Positions 44,481 to 50,252 of a stretch of DNA of 50,252 nt are shown piece by piece. The notes under the pieces are model-generated. The model was not told the origin of the DNA and did not search any database. It saw only the letters and a program-made list of their open reading frames with translations. A program made the translations under genes and the position numbers. This DNA is from Solirubrobacterales bacterium (GTDB taxonomy: Bacteria > Actinomycetota > Thermoleophilia > Solirubrobacterales > 70-9), in NCBI GenBank assembly GCA_035605615.1, contig DASTHF010000199.1:1-50252 (forward strand), written 5' to 3'. Within the stretch, counting starts at the first letter, position 1. Each line of letters opens with the position of its first letter.

Positions 44481-44502
44481 CGTTTGTAGACTCTCGCGCC
44501 TC

Positions 44503-45054
44503 ATGGCCCCTCGCACCAGAATCGCCCTGCCGCTGTTGGCCGTGCTGGCGCTCGTCGTCCTCTCCGGCGCCGTCTCGGCCTGCGGCTACTCGAGCACCTC
44601 CAAGGACGTGGTCGAGGGCGAGCCGGTCAAGCTTGGCGAGCTCCAGTACAACGTCGTCTTCTCCCGCTACCTCAACCCCAGCGACGCCGAGGACTCCGCC
44701 TACCTGGTCGGGCAGCCGCCCGCTCCGGCCGGCTCCACCTACTTCGGCGTCTTCTTCGCGGTCAAGAACGACAGCGGCGAAGCGCAGCCGCTGCCGCGCT
44801 CCTTCGAAATCGTCGACACCGAACACAAGGTCTACCGCTCGATCCCCAGCAAGAGCCTCTACGCATTCCCGCTCGGGGGCAAGGTCGAAGCCGAAGAACA
44901 GGTGCCGGCCCTCGACTCGACCGCCCAGCAGGGCCCGATCGAGGGTTCGCTCGTGCTCTTCCAGCTGCCCACCTCCGCCTCGGACAACCGGCCGCTGACC
45001 CTGGAGATCCCCGGTCCCGAACCGGAAGCCGCCAGGGTTACCCTCGACCTCTAA
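44503..45054 (+). CDS. lipoprotein, DUF4352-like beta-sandwich
   Basis: Signal peptide with lipobox LSGAVSA|C. The mature part (YNVVFSRYLN..., FGVFFAVKNDSGEAQPL, FEIVDTEHKVY) resembles DUF4352 (from memory). TAGACT lies 10 nt upstream of the ATG. Confidence 0.7.
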   Translation: MAPRTRIALPLLAVLALVVLSGAVSACGYSSTSKDVVEGEPVKLGELQYNVVFSRYLNPSDAEDSAYLVGQPPAPAGSTYFGVFFAVKNDSGEAQPLPRSFEIVDTEHKVYRSIPSKSLYAFPLGGKVEAEEQVPALDSTAQQGPIEGSLVLFQLPTSASDNRPLTLEIPGPEPEAARVTLDL

Positions 45055-45094
45055 GCGGTTTCCTCGGCGGCGCTGTCGCCCGGAGGCCGCGCGC

Positions 45095-46828
45095 TCAGAA
45101 GCCGGCGGAGAGGACCTGCGCGGCGGCGGGCGCGGCGACTTCGCCGCCGGCTGCGTGGGCGTCGACCAGCAGCACGCCGATCGCCAGCCTGGCGCGCTGG
45201 GCGGGGACGAAGGCGGCGAACCAGGCGTCCTTGATCTGGACGGGGTTGGGCTTGTTCTGTTGGCCCGGCTCGGGCCCCAGCTCGGCGGTGCCGGTCTTGC
45301 CCGCCACTTGCGCCTGGGAGATCGCGCCGGCGGTGCCGGTGCCGCTGGTCACGACGCCGACCATCAGCTCGGTCAGCTCGGCGGCGATCTTCGGCGACGT
45401 CGCTCGCACCGGCCGGGCGTGGGGACGCAGGCCGGGGGGGCTGGCGACGATCGAGGTGGGCTCCCGCAGGCCGCGGTTGGCGATCGTCTGCGCGACGCTC
45501 GCCATCTCGAGCGGGGTCGCCAGCACTTCGCCCTGCCCGATCGCGGTCACCCCGAGATCGAGTTCGCTGCCGATCTCGGTGGGGATGCTCGGCTCGGGCG
45601 GATCGATGAGGCGCAGGATGCGTGGCGCGTAGAGGCTGGGCGGCGCGTTGAAGCCGAAGCGCTCGGCGGTGGCGACCAGCGCGTCGTTGCCGATCTTCGG
45701 CCCGAGCGGGGCGAAGTCGGCGTTGCATGACTCGGCGAAGGCCTGACGGAAGGTGCCGCCGCAGTACTCGCCGTTGGCGTTGTTGATGAAGCGGCCGCCG
45801 ACGTCGACGCCGTTCGTAACCGCGAATTCGTCGCCGAGCGAGACGACGCCCTTTTCCAGGGCGGCTGTCGTGGTGACGATCTTGAAGGTCGAGCCGGGTG
45901 GCTGGGGGGCGGAGAAGGCCTGGCCGGCGAGCGCCCGCACGTCGCCGTTGCGGGCGTCGAGCACCGCGATGCCGCCCTCGCGACCTCCCAGCGCGGCGAC
46001 GGCGGCGATCTGCAGGCGGGGGTCGATCGTCGTCTCGAGCGGGATGCCGGGACTGGGCCGGGAGCGGGCGAGGATGCGGGCCGAGGCGTCGCCGCCGATC
46101 GCGAGCAGCGTGCCGCCGGGCCGGCCGGCAAGCCTTGCGTTGAAGGCACGCTCCAGGCCGCTGACGCCGACCGGCGTGTCGGGGCCGAACCCCTGCCGGG
46201 AGAGAATCGGCAGGTCTTCGGCCGAGGGCATGCCCATTTCGCCGGTAACGTCGATAGCGGCTCCGCCAAGCGGATGTTCGCGGGCTTCGGCCGGGCCCCT
46301 GGCGAGCGCCGTGCCGTCGCGCGCCAGGATCGGCGCCCGCGGCGCCAACTCGACGTGGCCCTCGAGGCGCTCGCCGCGGCGCAGGCCGGGGAAGACGAGA
46401 CTCGGGTCCCAGTCGACGCCGTCGCCGGAGAAGGGAATGCGGATCGTTCCCGCGACGTCGCCGAAGGCGGCGGTGACCGCTTCCACCTCGACCGGCACGA
46501 TCGTCCTCCCCCGCGACGTCTCGGCGTTCTCGGGAGAGTGGGGATCGATCGTCCGCAGGGTGGCGGCCTCGGCGGCTTCCCTGTAGTCCCTTTCGAAATC
46601 GGCCTCGGTCAGCGGTCGGCGCGAGGCGGCGCTCAGCTCGCCGTACATCGCCGCGAAGTCCCCCCGCGCCCAGGCCTCGGTGAAGCGGCGGGCGGCGTCC
46701 CTCTGTGGGGAGCCGGGGGTCCCGGCGGAGGCGCCGAGGGCAAAGGCGATGACGGCGACGAGTGTCAGCGGCACGGCGCGGGTGACGAGGCGGCGGCGCC
46801 GCTCCACCTCAGGCGGAAGGATCTTCAC
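45095..46828 (-). CDS. class B penicillin-binding protein (transpeptidase) with NTF2-like N-terminal domain
   Basis: N-terminal TM segment and an NTF2-like segment (AARRFTEAWARGDFAAMYGEL). The catalytic motifs are STFK (GSTFKIVT), SCN (AESCNADF) and KTG (GKTGTAE). Confidence 0.9.
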   Translation of the reverse strand: MKILPPEVERRRRLVTRAVPLTLVAVIAFALGASAGTPGSPQRDAARRFTEAWARGDFAAMYGELSAASRRPLTEADFERDYREAAEAATLRTIDPHSPENAETSRGRTIVPVEVEAVTAAFGDVAGTIRIPFSGDGVDWDPSLVFPGLRRGERLEGHVELAPRAPILARDGTALARGPAEAREHPLGGAAIDVTGEMGMPSAEDLPILSRQGFGPDTPVGVSGLERAFNARLAGRPGGTLLAIGGDASARILARSRPSPGIPLETTIDPRLQIAAVAALGGREGGIAVLDARNGDVRALAGQAFSAPQPPGSTFKIVTTTAALEKGVVSLGDEFAVTNGVDVGGRFINNANGEYCGGTFRQAFAESCNADFAPLGPKIGNDALVATAERFGFNAPPSLYAPRILRLIDPPEPSIPTEIGSELDLGVTAIGQGEVLATPLEMASVAQTIANRGLREPTSIVASPPGLRPHARPVRATSPKIAAELTELMVGVVTSGTGTAGAISQAQVAGKTGTAELGPEPGQQNKPNPVQIKDAWFAAFVPAQRARLAIGVLLVDAHAAGGEVAAPAAAQVLSAGF

Positions 46829-46856
46829 TTTGCGGGAAAAGTAATGCGAGCGGTGG

Positions 46857-47999
46857 TCAGCTGGTGCAAGGGCCTGTGCTCACCGGTGCCGTCGCTTCGG
46901 TGAGAGCTGAAGTGACTGTCGAATTGGGGACGGCGAAGCCGCCCGGGGGGCCGGTCGTGGTGGCGGCGAAGACGGTGCCGAGGACTTCGCCGCGCGGGTT
47001 GACGAGCGGGCCGCCGGAGTTGCCGCTGCGGACGCTGCCGCGCAGGAAGGCGATCGGGCGGCGGATCGGGCCGCGCCCGTAGGAGTCCTCGCTGAGCACG
47101 TCGCTGGTGTCGCCGAGCCGGGCCGGCGCCAGGGCGTAGGGGCCGTTTTCCGGATAGCCGAGCACCGCGCCGCCTTCGCCGGTCTGCGGGTGTGGGTCGA
47201 TTTCAAGCGGCGGGATGTCGGCGGCGACGCGCAGCAGCGCCAGGTCGTTGCGAGGGTCGTAGTGGACGGGGGTGGCGTCGAGCGTGGCGCCGTCCTGGGT
47301 CGAGACCGTGGTGTCTTCCTCGCCGGCGACGACGTGGGCGTTGGTGACGACCAGTCCGGGTCGAACGATCCAGCCCGAGCCCTCGATGCCGAGCCCGCAG
47401 GCGGTCCCCAGCACCCGCACCACCGAGCGGCCGTCCCGCAGCACGTTCGGGTTGGAGGCGATCGCCGCGTTGGGCGGAGCGAGCGGCGTGGTCGGCGCGG
47501 AGATCGAGGGGGCCGGGTCGACCCGGTTGAGCGCGTTGAGCACCGGTCCCGAGGGGGGCAGCACCCTGTTGAGGCCGCGCAGGATCAGGGAGCGCTGCAC
47601 GTCGGCCCGCAGCTGAGTGGTCCCGGGCGCGTGCAGGGCGACGGCGCCGAACACCCAGGCGAGGCCGAGCGCGACTGCGGCGACCAGCGCCGCGCCGCCC
47701 GCCCCGTCGGCCGCCTGCAGGGTGCGCCCGCGCACGAAGCGGGCGCGTAGCTCGAGCGCGAAGCTCTCCACGGTGACCGCGACCATGGCGCCGAAGAGCA
47801 GCGCCCCCAGCGCCGCGAAGAGCGGCGCGTACGGCGACCGCGAGCCGCCGGTCAGCAGCAGCGGACCGACGCGGCTGCCCAGGAAGGCGCCGGCGGCGAA
47901 GCCGAGCAGGGTCAGCACCCCGACGATCAGTCCCTGCCGGTAGCCCCAGATCGCCAGCGCCGCCGTGAAGGCGACGATCCCCCAGTCGAGAACGGTCAT
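46857..47999 (-). CDS. MarP-like membrane serine protease (CvpA-type 4-TM N-domain plus trypsin-like S1 domain)
   Basis: The N-terminal TM bundle begins MTVLDWGIVAFTAALAIWGYRQG. The catalytic triad contexts are VVTNAHVVAG, DLALLRV and GNSGGPLV. The start is set at Met26 of the tracked ORF. Confidence 0.85.
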   Translation of the reverse strand: MTVLDWGIVAFTAALAIWGYRQGLIVGVLTLLGFAAGAFLGSRVGPLLLTGGSRSPYAPLFAALGALLFGAMVAVTVESFALELRARFVRGRTLQAADGAGGAALVAAVALGLAWVFGAVALHAPGTTQLRADVQRSLILRGLNRVLPPSGPVLNALNRVDPAPSISAPTTPLAPPNAAIASNPNVLRDGRSVVRVLGTACGLGIEGSGWIVRPGLVVTNAHVVAGEEDTTVSTQDGATLDATPVHYDPRNDLALLRVAADIPPLEIDPHPQTGEGGAVLGYPENGPYALAPARLGDTSDVLSEDSYGRGPIRRPIAFLRGSVRSGNSGGPLVNPRGEVLGTVFAATTTGPPGGFAVPNSTVTSALTEATAPVSTGPCTS

Positions 48000-48051
48000 C
48001 CGCACATGGAAGCAGGCCGGCCCGGCGCTTACGTTCAGTACGCTGATTCGC

Positions 48052-48390
48052 GTGGAGGCGACGTCCACGGCCAAGAGCCCAACCGAAGTCTGCCCTCACT
48101 TCCACGCGGCGATCGAGCTGATCGGCAAGCGCTGGACCGGGGCGATCCTCTGTGCGCTGACCGATGGACAGCTGCGCTTCGGGGAGCTCGGCAAAGCCGT
48201 CCCCGGCCTCTCCGACCGGCTGCTCTCGCGGCGCCTGCGCGAGCTGGAGGAAGAGGGCCTGGTGAGCAGGGACGTCGAGCCGGGCAGCCCTGTGCGCGTC
48301 GTCTACTCGCTCACCGAGAAGGGGGCGGATCTGGGGCCGGCAATCGGTGAGCTGGGCAGGTGGGCGCGCCGGTGGAGTAGCGCCGGTTAG
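48052..48390 (+). CDS. HxlR-family winged-helix transcriptional regulator
   Basis: CPHFHAAIELIGKRWTGAILCALTDGQLRFGELGKAVPGLSDRLLSRRLRELEEEGLV...YSLTEKG. GTG 48052 was chosen because TACGCT lies 7 nt upstream. It is divergent from the MarP-like gene. Confidence 0.8.
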   Translation: MEATSTAKSPTEVCPHFHAAIELIGKRWTGAILCALTDGQLRFGELGKAVPGLSDRLLSRRLRELEEEGLVSRDVEPGSPVRVVYSLTEKGADLGPAIGELGRWARRWSSAG

Positions 48391-50252
48391 GCGGGAGCGG
48401 GCGTTCGGGCGATCGCCTCGATCCTTGCTTCGAGGCGCCGGCGGGCGGCGTTGAGCTCGGCCGCGTCGACCGTCCGCATGACCGGCTGCGCCGGCCGCTC
48501 CAGGAAGACGTAGGCGACCTCGACTTCGGCAACGCCCAGCGCCTCGCTCGCGGCGAGCGAGTAGATGTCGCGCTGGACCTCGTAGCGCTTGGCCCGCTCG
48601 GCGGGATCGGCGCCGTCGAGGCGGTCGGTCTTGTAGTCGACGATCAGCGGCGGGCGGCCGTCGCGCTCGACCAGCAGGTCGATCGAGCCGCGCAGGACAG
48701 TGCCGGCGACGGAGAGCAGGAGCGGCACCTCGGCGCGGGAGTGCCCTGCCGGCCCCACCTGCTCGCGGAAGAGGTCGGAGGCGAGCCAGGCACGTACGGG
48801 CGACGCCAGCTCGTCGGCGGAGCCGCCCGCGTCGAGGTCGAGGTCGGCGGCAAGCGCGAACCTCCGCGCCAGCTCGGGCGGCGGCTTCCGCCAGCCGTTG
48901 TTGGCGCTCCACTCGAGCAGCGCATGGACGGCGACCCCCACTTCGGTCCCCATCCCCCCCGTGGTCGAGTTTTCATTCCCTATGGGGTCGAAACCTCTGC
49001 CACGCTCGGGGGACTGGGCGGCGATCGCCGTGTAGGAGAGGGGGCGGCTGGGAGCTGTCGGCGCCCGGGCGGCGAGCAGCGGCGCGGGCCCCTCGCCGAG
49101 GTCCACCGCCGCGGCCTCCCCCTTCCTCACGGCGGCCAGCTCCGCGGCGCGCGCCGCCGAAGCGCGGTTGACGCGGACCGCCAGCTGCGAGGAGCCGAAC
49201 GTCGCGTCGAGGCCCTCGCGCGCCTGCGGCGCCGGGATCGGCACCGTGACATCTTGCTCGCGGTCGATACCGAACGCCGCGACGATCCGCTCGACCACCG
49301 GCGTCCCGGCATTCGCTCCACGGGGCGGCTCGGCTTTGACCACGCCGCTGAGGATGAGCCGCTCGCGCGCCCGCGTCGCCGCGACGTGGAAGAGCCGCAG
49401 CTCCTCCTCGGCTTCCCTCTCCCGCGCCTCCCCGCACAGCTCCTCGTGCGCGTAGAGCTTCACCGTGGGGGCACCGAGGCGGCGCAGCTGCATCCCCACC
49501 CGCGGCTCCTCGGCCTCGTGCCCGATCGTCAGCAGCGGCGCCCGCGCGGGGGAGAGCAGGCCGCGCGAGAGGTGGGGAACGGCGACGACGTCGAACTCCA
49601 GCCCCTTGGCGCTGTGCACGGTCATGATCCGCACCCCGTCGTGCCCCTCGACCGCCGTCGCCGCCTGTGGGTCGGCGTCGGCTCCGGCGCGGGCGGCGAG
49701 GAAGTCGAGCAGGCCGCGCAGGTCCCGTCCCTCGGCCGCCTCGAACTCGGCGGCGAGGCGCATCAGCTTGCGCACGTTGGAGAAGCGCGCCTCCCCGGCG
49801 GGGCGCATCAGCACCGCCAGGTCGTAGCCGGTCTCGGTCACGACGGCGTCGATCAGCTCGGCGAGGGGCAGGAAGGGGGCGCGCCGCCGTAGGTCGCCGA
49901 TCGTCGCCGCGAACCGGCGCAGCAGCTCCCGCTCGGGCTCGGAAATCTGCTCCAGCCATCTCGGCTCGGCCGGCTGAGTCCCGCCGCTGCCCGTCATGTG
50001 CTCGATCGTTCCCCAGACGGATCGTCCCCTGCCGGCTGCGGCGCGCAGCAGCCAGAGCGTGTCGGGGGCGACACCGCAGGCGGGCGAGGCGAGCGCCCCG
50101 AACAGCGACCGGTCGTCGAGCGGGTTGGCGATCGTCGCCAGCAGCGCGCAGACGTCGCCGACCTGCTGGTGGGACCAGTAGCCCTGGCCTCCGACGGTGT
50201 AGGGGCGGAGGCCGGCCCGTTCGAGCGAGTCCTCGTAGGCATCGAGATGGGT
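48387..50252 (-). CDS. UvrD/PcrA-type helicase with C-terminal RecB-like PD-(D/E)XK nuclease (AdnA/AdnB or AddA-like); N-terminal part lies outside the window
   Basis: My hand translation shows the same frame stays open upstream of Met 49997 to the window edge (…YEDSLERAGLRPYTVGGQGYWSHQQVGDV…NPLDDRSLFGALASP…). The helicase C-terminal motifs are MTVHSAKGLEFDVV and LFHVAATRARERLILSG. The nuclease motif is GSIDLLVER...LIVDYKTD...YSLA. Confidence 0.85.
   Translation of the reverse strand, partial: THLDAYEDSLERAGLRPYTVGGQGYWSHQQVGDVCALLATIANPLDDRSLFGALASPACGVAPDTLWLLRAAAGRGRSVWGTIEHMTGSGGTQPAEPRWLEQISEPERELLRRFAATIGDLRRRAPFLPLAELIDAVVTETGYDLAVLMRPAGEARFSNVRKLMRLAAEFEAAEGRDLRGLLDFLAARAGADADPQAATAVEGHDGVRIMTVHSAKGLEFDVVAVPHLSRGLLSPARAPLLTIGHEAEEPRVGMQLRRLGAPTVKLYAHEELCGEAREREAEEELRLFHVAATRARERLILSGVVKAEPPRGANAGTPVVERIVAAFGIDREQDVTVPIPAPQAREGLDATFGSSQLAVRVNRASAARAAELAAVRKGEAAAVDLGEGPAPLLAARAPTAPSRPLSYTAIAAQSPERGRGFDPIGNENSTTGGMGTEVGVAVHALLEWSANNGWRKPPPELARRFALAADLDLDAGGSADELASPVRAWLASDLFREQVGPAGHSRAEVPLLLSVAGTVLRGSIDLLVERDGRPPLIVDYKTDRLDGADPAERAKRYEVQRDIYSLAASEALGVAEVEVAYVFLERPAQPVMRTVDAAELNAARRRLEARIEAIARTPAPA

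Noticed and set aside
49994-50242. Apparent break or frameshift between ORFs 48387-49997 and 49994-50242 in the helicase gene
   Set aside because: Hand translation shows the 48387-49997 frame stays open upstream of its first Met to the window edge and continues with helicase-like sequence. The 49994-50242 ORF is an out-of-frame Pro/Arg/Ser-rich shadow, so no frameshift is needed.

Overview
This is a very GC-rich window, roughly 70% by eye, with almost every codon third position G or C. It looks like chromosomal core DNA from an actinobacterium-like Gram-positive organism, possibly a deep-branching lineage such as Rubrobacteria or Thermoleophilia; that placement is inference only. I support about 48 protein genes and one tRNA. 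I recognised no rRNA, CRISPR array, transposase, integrase or phage gene.

Layout:
- 1-12.9 kb: the conserved Gram-positive block clpC, disA, carD, ispD, ispF, then cysS-rlmB (inverted here), a Bacillus-type sigma-H homologue and tRNA-Thr. An aldo/keto reductase, a PHP phosphatase, an acyl-CoA synthetase and a Glu/Arg-rich coiled-coil gene are interspersed.
- 12.9-20.3 kb: a SHOCT membrane protein, a ring-cleavage dioxygenase with maleylacetate reductase, a PlsC-GpsA fusion, and an ECF sigma / TM partner / Zn-ribbon rhomboid operon.
- 20.4-31.4 kb: a CNNM transporter and a lipid/ketone catabolic cluster (hbd, thiolase, Baeyer-Villiger monooxygenase, three acyl-CoA dehydrogenases). Between them sits a cell-wall-binding protein / small protein / MBL hydrolase operon.
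- 31.4-50.3 kb: an M23 peptidase, lysA-hom-thrC-thrB, a two-gene toxin-antitoxin-like islet, stand-alone gltB, an FHA / lipoprotein / PBP / MarP envelope cluster, an HxlR regulator, and a partial UvrD-type helicase-nuclease.

Nothing here resembles a classical defence or mobile island. The most promising candidates for something undescribed are:
1. the tightly coupled ECF sigma / single-pass partner / rhomboid module;
2. the sigma-H-type gene, whose translation start is bracketed by a 17-nt long-range inverted repeat;
3. a shared palindromic operator (TGAnTGACCAGTCAnTC) plus large inverted repeats in front of two beta-oxidation promoters;
4. a recurrent TANNNT-N6-10-start-codon architecture that points to widespread leaderless mRNAs.

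All functional calls come from motif recognition by eye. No database search was run.
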